From assembly GCA_945928575.1 (NCBI GenBank), contig CAMENP010000013.1, positions 45,610-77,609 on the forward strand: a stretch of DNA of 32,000 bases. The letters are read 5' to 3'. Both the position numbers and the translations under genes were made by a program. Within the stretch, counting starts at the first letter, position 1; each line of letters opens with the position of its first letter. Positions 25,560-32,000 of this stretch are shown in pieces. The notes beneath the pieces are model-generated. The model saw nothing but the letters and a program-made list of their open reading frames with translations. It searched no databases and was not told where the DNA came from. This stretch comes from an uncultured Butyrivibrio sp. Its GTDB lineage: Bacteria > Bacillota > Clostridia > Lachnospirales > Lachnospiraceae.

Positions 25560-25862
25560 TAAAAATACCGTCTTACGGAAACACTGTGAAGGAAAGAGTA
25601 GGTATGGAAGGACATCTACAGAGAACTGCCGGTTGCTGAGAGGCAGGGTGGAGGACATATCGAACATGGCTCCGGAGTGGCGCACCGAACAGCATGGCTG
25701 CAAGGCTGCGACAGGAACGCCTGTTATAGCGAAAATGTATCGGGAAATACACCTGTACATTGTGAGGTCCGTTCTGCGAGGAACGGATGAAGAGAAGTGG
25801 TACCACGGATTAAGATTATAACCCGTCTTCTGAAGATAATGATAGAAGACGGGATTTTTTTA
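25560..25862 (+). promoter_or_regulatory. T-box riboswitch leader, methionine (AUG) specifier, with terminator
   Basis: Stem I elements are AGAGUAGG and CAGAGAACUGCCGGUUGCUGAGAGGCAGGGUGGA. The candidate specifier AUG is at 25666-25668 within GAAC-AUG-G. The T-box sequence AGAAGUGGUACCACGG is at 25793-25808. The terminator is CCCGTCTTC - 13 nt loop - GAAGACGGG plus T8 (25823-25861). The leader is directly upstream of metG. Confidence 0.8.
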
Positions 25863-25880
25863 TCAGGAGGAATATTTAAG

Positions 25881-27830
25881 ATGAGCAAGAAACCGTATTA
25901 CATTACAACAGCGATTGCCTATACATCGGGCAAACCGCACATCGGAAACACATATGAAATCGTGCTTGCCGACAGTATTGCAAGGTACAAGAGACTGCAG
26001 GGATATGATGTAAGATTCCAGACAGGAACCGATGAACATGGACAGAAAATAGAACTCAAGGCAGCGGAAGCGGGAATCACACCGAAGGAATTCGTTGACA
26101 ATGTTGCCGGAGAAATTAAGAGAATATGGGATCTGATGAATACATCCTACGATAAATTCATCAGGACAACGGATGAGTACCATGAGAAACAGGTGCAGAA
26201 GATTTTTAAGAAACTTTACGACAAGGGCGATATTTACAAAGGACATTATGAAGGAATGTACTGTACGCCGTGCGAATCATTCTGGACGGAATCCCAGCTT
26301 GTGGACGGCAAATGTCCGGACTGCGGAAGAGAAGTCAAGCCGGCCAGAGAGGAAGCATATTTCTTCAGAATGAGCAAATATGCCGACAGACTTATCGATT
26401 ATATTAACGAGCACCCGGAATTTATACAGCCAGTATCGCGTAAGAACGAGATGATGAACAACTTCCTGCTTCCGGGACTTCAGGATCTTTGCGTATCAAG
26501 AACTTCATTCAAGTGGGGAATACCGGTGGATTTTGATGATAAGCATGTCGTATATGTATGGCTTGATGCGCTGACCAACTACATCACGGGTCTTGGCTAT
26601 GATGCGGACGGCAACAGTGATGAATTATATGCCAAATACTGGCCGGCAGACCTTCATCTTATCGGAAAAGATATCATTCGTTTCCATACGATTTACTGGC
26701 CGATTTTCCTTATGGCACTTGACCTTCCGCTTCCGAAACAGGTATTCGGACATCCGTGGCTTTTGCAGGGCGACGGCAAGATGAGCAAGTCCAAAGGAAA
26801 CGTTATATATGCTGATGACCTCGTTGATTTCTTCGGAGTTGATGCGGTAAGATTTTTCGTGCTTCATGAGATGCCGTTTGAGAATGACGGTGTAATTACC
26901 TGGGAGCTCATGGTTGAGAGACTCAATTCAGAACTTGCCAACACACTCGGTAACCTTGTAAACAGAACGATTTCGATGTCCAATAAATATTTTGGCGGAG
27001 TTGTTGAGAACAAGGGTGTGGCAGAAGCTGTTGATGACGACCTTAAAAATACAATTCTTGATGAAGTCAAAAAAGTTGATGCGAAGATGAATGACCTTCG
27101 TGTGGCTGACGCGATTACCGAGATTTTTAACATCTTTAAGAGATGCAATAAATATATCGACGAGACAATGCCGTGGGCGCTTGCCAAGGATGAGACCAAA
27201 AAGGACAGACTTGCGACCGTGCTTTACAATCTTGTTGAAGGAATTTCGATAGGAGCAGAGCTTCTTTTCCCATTTATGCCTGAGACATCACAGAAGATCA
27301 AGGCACAGCTTAATGCGCCGGACAGAGAATATGAGCAGCTCGGCGAATTCGGATTGTACCCGAACGGCGGCAAAGTGGTCGAGAAACCTGAAATTCTTTT
27401 TGCAAGACTTGACCTTAACGAGGTTATGGAAAAAGTTGAAGCAAAGAAATCGGCTGCCAAGGAAGAACCGGCCGGAGGACCGGGCGTTGACGTGGATAAA
27501 AAACCGGAAATTACGATTGATGATTTCGATAAGGTACAGCTTCGCGTCGGAGAAATCATCAAATGTGAGGCAGTTCCTAAGTCAAAGAAGCTTCTTTGCT
27601 CACAGGTTAAGATGGGCAGTGAGGTAAGACAGATCGTATCGGGAATCAGCCAGTATTATAAACCGGAAGAGATGGTAGGCAAGAAAGTTATCGTAGTTGC
27701 TAACCTTAAACCGGCTAAGCTTGCGGGAGTTCTTTCGGAGGGAATGCTTCTGTGCGCAGAGAATGAGAAGGGCGAATATGTTCTTCTTGCGCCGGAAAGT
27801 GATGTGCCGAACGGCGTAGAGGTCGGCTGA
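25881..27830 (+). CDS. metG: Methionine--tRNA ligase with C-terminal tRNA-binding domain
   Basis: I chose the ATG at 25881 (AGGAGG upstream). HIGH-type 'GKPHIGN', 'KMSKSKGN', the Zn knuckle 'CTPCES...CPDCG', and the C-terminal 'ITIDDFDKVQLRVGEI' EMAP/Trbp111-like domain. Confidence 0.95.
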   Translation: MSKKPYYITTAIAYTSGKPHIGNTYEIVLADSIARYKRLQGYDVRFQTGTDEHGQKIELKAAEAGITPKEFVDNVAGEIKRIWDLMNTSYDKFIRTTDEYHEKQVQKIFKKLYDKGDIYKGHYEGMYCTPCESFWTESQLVDGKCPDCGREVKPAREEAYFFRMSKYADRLIDYINEHPEFIQPVSRKNEMMNNFLLPGLQDLCVSRTSFKWGIPVDFDDKHVVYVWLDALTNYITGLGYDADGNSDELYAKYWPADLHLIGKDIIRFHTIYWPIFLMALDLPLPKQVFGHPWLLQGDGKMSKSKGNVIYADDLVDFFGVDAVRFFVLHEMPFENDGVITWELMVERLNSELANTLGNLVNRTISMSNKYFGGVVENKGVAEAVDDDLKNTILDEVKKVDAKMNDLRVADAITEIFNIFKRCNKYIDETMPWALAKDETKKDRLATVLYNLVEGISIGAELLFPFMPETSQKIKAQLNAPDREYEQLGEFGLYPNGGKVVEKPEILFARLDLNEVMEKVEAKKSAAKEEPAGGPGVDVDKKPEITIDDFDKVQLRVGEIIKCEAVPKSKKLLCSQVKMGSEVRQIVSGISQYYKPEEMVGKKVIVVANLKPAKLAGVLSEGMLLCAENEKGEYVLLAPESDVPNGVEVG

Positions 27831-28603
27831 TGAGTGTGATTTTTGAAACACACGCCCATTATGAAGATGAGGCGTTTGACGAGGACAGGGATGAGCTTAT
27901 CAAATCCCTGCCCGAAGCCGGAATAGGCTGTGTGGTAAATGTCGGTTCGAGCATCGCGACATGCCATAAGACGGTTGAGCTTATTAAGCATTATGATTAT
28001 ATGTACGGCGCGCTGGGAATCCATCCGAGTGAGATACACGAAGTTACCGATGATGACATGAAGTGGATCGAAACGGAGGCGAAGACGAATCCGAAGATTG
28101 TCTCGGTCGGAGAAATAGGGCTTGATTATCATTACGGCAAAGATGACAAAGAAATGCAGAAGGATTTTTTTGAAAAACAGCTTGATATGGCTGTCAGACT
28201 GGACAAACCGGTGATAATCCATTCAAGGGAAGCGGCGAAAGATACCTATGACATAATGCGTGAGCAAGATGCCGGAAAGGCCGGTGGCGTGGTTCATTGT
28301 TTTTCTTATCATAAGGAAGAAGCGGCGAAGTATCTGGATATGGGATTTTATATCGGGATAGGCGGCGCGGCTACTTTTAAAAATAATGAGAAAACGCGCG
28401 AAGTCATAGCATACACGCCGATTGACAGGATTCTTCTGGAGACGGACTGTCCTTATATGGCGCCGGTGCCTCACCGCGGAACCAGAAATTCATCGCTTAA
28501 TCTGCCGCTTGTGGCTGAATGCATTGCACAGGTTAAGGGAATAACATATGACACAGTAGTGGAAACAACCTATGAAAACGCAAGGAGAATGTACAGAATA
28601 TGA
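27830..28603 (+). CDS. tatD: TatD-family metal-dependent hydrolase (YabD-like)
   Basis: 'FETHAHY', 'GEIGLDYHY', 'IIHSREA', 'VVHCFS' and 'LLETDCPYM'. Its start overlaps the metG stop by one base (TGATG). Confidence 0.9.
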   Translation: MSVIFETHAHYEDEAFDEDRDELIKSLPEAGIGCVVNVGSSIATCHKTVELIKHYDYMYGALGIHPSEIHEVTDDDMKWIETEAKTNPKIVSVGEIGLDYHYGKDDKEMQKDFFEKQLDMAVRLDKPVIIHSREAAKDTYDIMREQDAGKAGGVVHCFSYHKEEAAKYLDMGFYIGIGGAATFKNNEKTREVIAYTPIDRILLETDCPYMAPVPHRGTRNSSLNLPLVAECIAQVKGITYDTVVETTYENARRMYRI

Positions 28604-29475
28604 GCAAATTTTATCTCGGAAACCCGACAAATACCCTTGCGGTAATTAACAGATACGAGTTCGCATTTCAGAAGAAATTCGGACAGAATTTTCTCATCGA
28701 CCAGGGTATTGTGGAAAAAATAGTTCGTGAAGCCGGAGTTACGAAGGATGATTTTGTGCTTGAAATCGGCCCCGGAATCGGAACAATGACGCAGATTCTC
28801 TGCGAGAATGCGAGAGAGGTGGCAGCGGTTGAAATAGACCGTAAGCTTATACCGATTCTTAACGACACGCTTTCGGAATACGACAATGTTACGATTATCA
28901 ATGATGATATCCTCAAAGTCGATATAAACAAACTTGCCGAAGAAAAAAACGGCGGCCGTCCGATTAAGGTCGTAGCTAACCTGCCATATTATATTACAAC
29001 TCCTATCATCATGGGACTTTTTGAAAGCCATGTGCCGCTTGATTCGATTACGATTATGGTGCAGAAGGAAGTGGCTGACCGCATGCAGACCGGGCCGGGA
29101 AGCAAGGACTACGGCGCGCTTTCACTGGCGGTACAGTTCTATGCAAAACCGGAAATAGTTGTAAATGTTCCGCCGGAATGTTTTATGCCGAGGCCGAATG
29201 TCGGTTCGGCGGTTATAAGGCTTAAGAGACATGAGACGAGACCGGTTGATGTTAAGGACGAGAAACTGATGTTTCGGATAATCAGGGCATCGTTTAACCA
29301 GAGACGCAAAACTCTCGCAAACGGGTTGAACAATTCGCCGGAAATCGGATACACGAAGGAACAGATCGCCACTGCGATCGAGGAGCTCGGACGCGGTGCA
29401 TCCATAAGAGGCGAAGCGCTTACGCTTGAGGAATTTGCAAGACTTTCCAATATTTTCAGCGCGATGTCAAAATAA
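28600..29475 (+). CDS. rsmA: 16S rRNA (adenine1518/1519-N6)-dimethyltransferase
   Basis: 'KKFGQNFLID', the SAM motif 'VLEIGPGIGTMT', 'VVANLPYYITTPI', and a C-terminal helical domain. ATGA overlap with tatD. Confidence 0.95.
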   Translation: MSKFYLGNPTNTLAVINRYEFAFQKKFGQNFLIDQGIVEKIVREAGVTKDDFVLEIGPGIGTMTQILCENAREVAAVEIDRKLIPILNDTLSEYDNVTIINDDILKVDINKLAEEKNGGRPIKVVANLPYYITTPIIMGLFESHVPLDSITIMVQKEVADRMQTGPGSKDYGALSLAVQFYAKPEIVVNVPPECFMPRPNVGSAVIRLKRHETRPVDVKDEKLMFRIIRASFNQRRKTLANGLNNSPEIGYTKEQIATAIEELGRGASIRGEALTLEEFARLSNIFSAMSK

Positions 29476-29495
29476 TTAAAAAACAAGAATATTTC

Positions 29496-29569
29496 AAACA
29501 CTCCCTCAATATATTTTACAGAATGGTGTGGCAAAGTCTGCGTCATGTAAGATAAGGAAGGGAGTGTTT
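29496..29569 (+). other. Long-range hairpin whose 3' arm covers the SD of the next gene
   Basis: AAACACTCCCT (29496-29506) pairs perfectly with AGGGAGTGTTT (29559-29569) across a 52-nt loop and is followed by TTTTG. The 3' arm contains the GGGAG ribosome-binding site of the ATG at 29575. Confidence 0.4.
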
Positions 29570-29574
29570 TTGTA

Positions 29575-30507
29575 ATGGAATACAACAGGATGGTGGCATA
29601 CATATATTCGTATAATGATGGACAGAAGTGTAAGAATACCGGCTTTGCCAAGATCGAGGTCAGACAGGACATACTTAAATTGCAGATAAATATGAAAGGC
29701 GCCTATTCTGATAATAATTGTGAGTGGAATGTCAATCTTTTTTACCGGAAAAACAGCTCAATAATCGGTGTCACATTGGGAAATATGGTAATCCGGAATG
29801 GTATCGGAGAATTCAGGTATGCCGGAAATGCATTAAATATAGAAAACAGCGGTATATCATTTGATAGTATAAAAGGCCTGTATATCGAAAAAAAATCAGA
29901 AGAAACCGACCGGCGGAAGATGTATGCCAGTGAGTGGGATGACCTTGGTTTTGATCCTGCGGGAATACTTGCGAAAGACTGGTCGAAAGCAGAAGGAGAA
30001 ATAATGATTGAATTTGCCGGAGAAGGACAGAGTGTGGCACCGGCAGAAGAGCCTGTTTTGCAGGCGGCGGAGGCAGAGAGCCGTCCGGTAACGGAAACAG
30101 TTCCCGGCACGGAATACAGTGATGAGGAAATACAGAAGGCGGTCTGCAGTGATGAGTGGTACGAGAAATTGGCCAAGGAGAAAACTCATGTTTTTCTTTT
30201 TGCGGACGATGAGCTGTATGACATAATAGAGATCACGCCGGATGACATAGAGCGCCTCCCGGATACCAACTGGGGGCTTAAAAACAACAGTTTCCTTAAT
30301 CACGGTTATTTTCAGTTCAGACATCTGATCCTGGGAAAAATTTACGGCGGGGAGCCGCAGAGATATTTTATCGGGGTTCCGGGTATTTTTGCCAGACGCG
30401 ACCGCAATACGGCAGCGATGTTCGGGTTCAATCATTTCAAATTCAGCATGAGAAGTGATGTGCAGTTAAGCCAGTTCGGTTACTGGTACAGACAATTGGA
30501 CTGTTAA
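29575..30507 (+). CDS. Conserved-looking hypothetical protein, two domains joined by an acidic Pro/Glu/Ala linker
   Basis: 310-aa ORF with protein-like composition, whereas the antisense ORFs are Arg/Cys/Phe-rich junk. The N-terminal 'YIYSYNDGQKCKNTGFAKIEVRQDILKLQINMKG' and C-terminal 'YFIGVPGIFARRDRNTAAMFGFNHF...FGYWY' resemble hypothetical proteins I recall from Lachnospiraceae. I can assign no function. Confidence 0.6.
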   Translation: MEYNRMVAYIYSYNDGQKCKNTGFAKIEVRQDILKLQINMKGAYSDNNCEWNVNLFYRKNSSIIGVTLGNMVIRNGIGEFRYAGNALNIENSGISFDSIKGLYIEKKSEETDRRKMYASEWDDLGFDPAGILAKDWSKAEGEIMIEFAGEGQSVAPAEEPVLQAAEAESRPVTETVPGTEYSDEEIQKAVCSDEWYEKLAKEKTHVFLFADDELYDIIEITPDDIERLPDTNWGLKNNSFLNHGYFQFRHLILGKIYGGEPQRYFIGVPGIFARRDRNTAAMFGFNHFKFSMRSDVQLSQFGYWYRQLDC

Positions 30508-30513
30508 GAAAAA

Positions 30514-30541
30514 GCGGAAGAAGCTTTAGTGTTTCTTCCGC
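30514..30541. terminator. Bidirectional terminator hairpin
   Basis: GCGGAAGAA - 10 nt loop - TTCTTCCGC with A/T-rich flanks. It overlaps the last codons of tadA. Confidence 0.6.
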
Positions 30542-30984
30542 ATTTCTTTGAAAAAATCCTGTAGCATGGTCCGACATTCATCCACAAGGATACCGGACGT
30601 AAGCTCTGCTTTGTGGTTAAACCCGTCCATCTGCAGGAGGTTGATAACTGAGCCGGCACATCCGGCTTTGGGATTCATTGCGCCGACCACAACCCGCGGA
30701 ATCCTCGCCTGAACAATCGCTCCGGCACACATCGGACAAGGCTCCAGTGTGATATACATGGTGCAGTCTTCCAGCCGCCAGTCACCGATTATTTTGGCGG
30801 CTTTGCGGATGGCGATTATTTCGGCATGAGCAAGCGTGCTTTTATCGGTATTGCGTCTGTTATAACCGCGTGCTATGATTTTGCTATCATATACGATAAC
30901 ACATCCTATCGGGACTTCATCTATTTTCGCGGCTTTGCGTGCCTGTTTAATCGCTTCGCGCATATATTTTTCATCAGTTGTCAT
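30526..30984 (-). CDS. tadA: tRNA-specific adenosine deaminase
   Basis: 'HAEIIAIRKA' and 'PCPMCAGA' are the CDA zinc motifs. Length 152 aa. Confidence 0.9.
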   Translation of the reverse strand: MTTDEKYMREAIKQARKAAKIDEVPIGCVIVYDSKIIARGYNRRNTDKSTLAHAEIIAIRKAAKIIGDWRLEDCTMYITLEPCPMCAGAIVQARIPRVVVGAMNPKAGCAGSVINLLQMDGFNHKAELTSGILVDECRTMLQDFFKEMRKKH

Positions 30985-30985
30985 A

Positions 30986-31540
30986 TCAAATACCTCGCAT
31001 GTCTATTAACGAATAATGCCTGTGGTCACGGTAACGACCGCGCATATAAATAAGCGACCGGGACAGGCCTTCGTACTCAAAACCAAGTCTGGTCAGCAGG
31101 CTCATTGAACGGAAATTGTCGGGCAGGGTGTAAGCGTCGATGCGGTGCAGATTTCCGTCGGTAAAAATAGCTTCAATAAGCCTTGAAATAGCTTCGATGG
31201 CATATCCGTTATGCCAGAACTGCGGCAGCAGCTTATATCCTATTGTGCAGGAGTTGTAGACCCCGCGCTGGATGTTGGAGAATGAAGCGGTTCCGATAAT
31301 GGTGTCAGGGGAACCCTTAAGTTTCCAGAAATAGCGCATATATGTGCCGTGCATGAAAGCGCTGTATTCGGCGTCAAGACATGCACTCTGGTAATCGAGA
31401 GTGTAAAAATTAGGATTTTTGTCTGCTTCGACAGCCTCAAAGGTCTGCCGTCCTTCCGAGTAAAAATTAAGAACCGGAACGGTGGCTGTGTTATCAAGAA
31501 CCTGTAAAATTAGCCGCTTTGTCTCATATATGGTACGCAT
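30986..31540 (-). CDS. GNAT family N-acetyltransferase (RimJ/RimL-like)
   Basis: 'TKRLILQVL' at the N-terminus and 'QFWHNGYAIEAISRLIEAIF...LHRIDAYTLPDNFRSMSLLTRLGFEYEG'. I chose the ATG at 31540 (GGAAGAGG upstream) over the TTG at 31558. Its stop lies 1 bp before the tadA start. Confidence 0.8.
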   Translation of the reverse strand: MRTIYETKRLILQVLDNTATVPVLNFYSEGRQTFEAVEADKNPNFYTLDYQSACLDAEYSAFMHGTYMRYFWKLKGSPDTIIGTASFSNIQRGVYNSCTIGYKLLPQFWHNGYAIEAISRLIEAIFTDGNLHRIDAYTLPDNFRSMSLLTRLGFEYEGLSRSLIYMRGRYRDHRHYSLIDMRGI

Positions 31541-31573
31541 TGCCGGCACCTCTTCCAATCAAAATATGTAAAT

Positions 31574-31602
31574 ATTTTACCATCAGAGCGGGAAAACTTC
31601 AA
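31574..31602 (-). promoter_or_regulatory. Promoter candidate for the GNAT-tadA operon
   Basis: On the minus strand: TTGAAG, a 17-nt spacer, then TAAAAT. Confidence 0.4.
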
Positions 31603-31625
31603 TTAAGAATATAAGATTGAAAAAC

Positions 31626-31682
31626 AGCTAAAATATTATCTATTTATGCTCAAAAACCTTGATTTTGGATAATATTTTAGCT
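31626..31682. repeat. Perfect 15-bp inverted repeat (AGCTAAAATATTATC - N27 - GATAATATTTTAGCT), probable operator
   Basis: I verified the arms base by base (31626-31640 and 31668-31682). The right arm fills the spacer of the XRE promoter and touches its -10. Confidence 0.7.
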
Positions 31683-31687
31683 ATAAT
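31659..31687 (+). promoter_or_regulatory. Near-consensus sigma-A promoter for the XRE gene
   Basis: TTGATT (31659-31664), a 17-nt spacer, then TATAAT (31682-31687). Confidence 0.55.
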
Positions 31688-31721
31688 TGATTATATCAAG
31701 AACAGGTGGGAATGATATCCG

Positions 31722-32000
31722 ATGAAAAAATATATCTGGGAAACTCCGGAAGAAATTAATCTTAATGTTGCGAAAAGAGTGCGGAATATAAGACGCAGGA
31801 AGCGCATTTCGCAGAAAGAACTCAGTGAGAGGTCGGGAGTAAGCTATGGTTCGATCAAACGTTTTGAAAGCACCGGCAATATAAGTTTTATATCGCTGAC
31901 CAGACTGGCGGTGGCACTTGACGCGGCGGACGATATAAGAAATATGTTTACCGATGTTCCGTATGCGTCGATAGAGGAGGTAATCAATGAGCGAGGATAA
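31722..32000 (+). CDS. XRE-family helix-turn-helix regulator (HipB/Y4mF-like antitoxin candidate)
   Basis: 'RVRNIRRRKRISQKELSERSGVSYGSIKRFESTGNISFISLTRLAVAL' is an XRE HTH. Length 92 aa, with GGTGGGA upstream. The stop codon is the last triplet of the window. Confidence 0.8.
   Translation: MKKYIWETPEEINLNVAKRVRNIRRRKRISQKELSERSGVSYGSIKRFESTGNISFISLTRLAVALDAADDIRNMFTDVPYASIEEVINERG

Noticed and set aside
25537-25821. Track ORFs of 94 aa (+), 72 aa (-) and 77 aa (-) between the cassette and metG
   Set aside because: The region carries T-box leader hallmarks: Stem I motifs, an AUG specifier, the GUGGUACCACGG T-box sequence, and a terminator. The translations are Arg/Cys-rich and none has an SD. 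I treat the region as RNA leader, not coding.
27656-28222. 188-aa ORF antisense to the metG/tatD junction
   Set aside because: The plus strand carries unmistakable MetG C-terminal and TatD motifs. The antisense ORF has no SD and an odd composition.
29896-30435. 179-aa and 144-aa ORFs antisense to the 310-aa hypothetical gene
   Set aside because: Their Arg/Cys/Phe-rich composition is typical of shadow ORFs. The plus-strand frame is longer, has an SD and has balanced composition.
1-32000. Scan for CRISPR arrays, tRNA/rRNA genes, IS elements, integrases, and long direct or tandem repeats
   Set aside because: I found no periodic repeat-spacer structure, no cloverleaf-like or rRNA-like segments in the intergenic regions, and no transposase- or recombinase-like ORFs. 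The only repeats seen are the short operator-like motifs reported above.

Overview
This window looks like chromosomal DNA from a low-GC Gram-positive bacterium, probably a Clostridia or Lachnospiraceae-like organism. That call rests on gene content, strong AGGAGG-type ribosome-binding sites, a T-box leader and a Mn riboswitch. No database search was possible. Most of the window is housekeeping and resembles an origin-proximal region. In order it holds: a LacI-controlled sugar ABC uptake locus (YesL-like protein, LacI, lipoprotein SBP, two permeases); gdpP-rplI-dnaB; a MerR-type regulator; a 56-aa 2x[4Fe-4S] ferredoxin absent from the ORF track; a DUF1858-like CxxC protein; a MOP-type flippase; a yybP-ykoY (Mn2+) riboswitch driving mntP and probably a CaCA antiporter; DAHP synthase; an orphan DnaK/Hsp70 paralog; deoC; an envelope glycosylation/deacetylation cluster (GtrB-like GT2, GT-C-like polytopic protein, DUF3592-like membrane protein, NodB deacetylase); an HD hydrolase; a PNPOx-fold protein; an MFS transporter; a Met T-box leader with metG-tatD-rsmA; a conserved hypothetical; tadA plus a GNAT; and an XRE regulator at the right edge. 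I saw no rRNA, tRNA, CRISPR array, transposase or integrase. The best candidate for an uncharacterised system is the translationally coupled three-gene cassette at 24711-25515 (DUF3791-like / DUF3990-like / DUF3791-like), which sits between an MFS gene and the metG leader. Secondary leads are the GT2/GT-C/DUF3592 envelope module, the riboswitch-mntP-CaCA operon, the orphan Hsp70, and an XRE gene with a palindrome-covered consensus promoter and a downstream gene overlapping its 3' end at the window edge.
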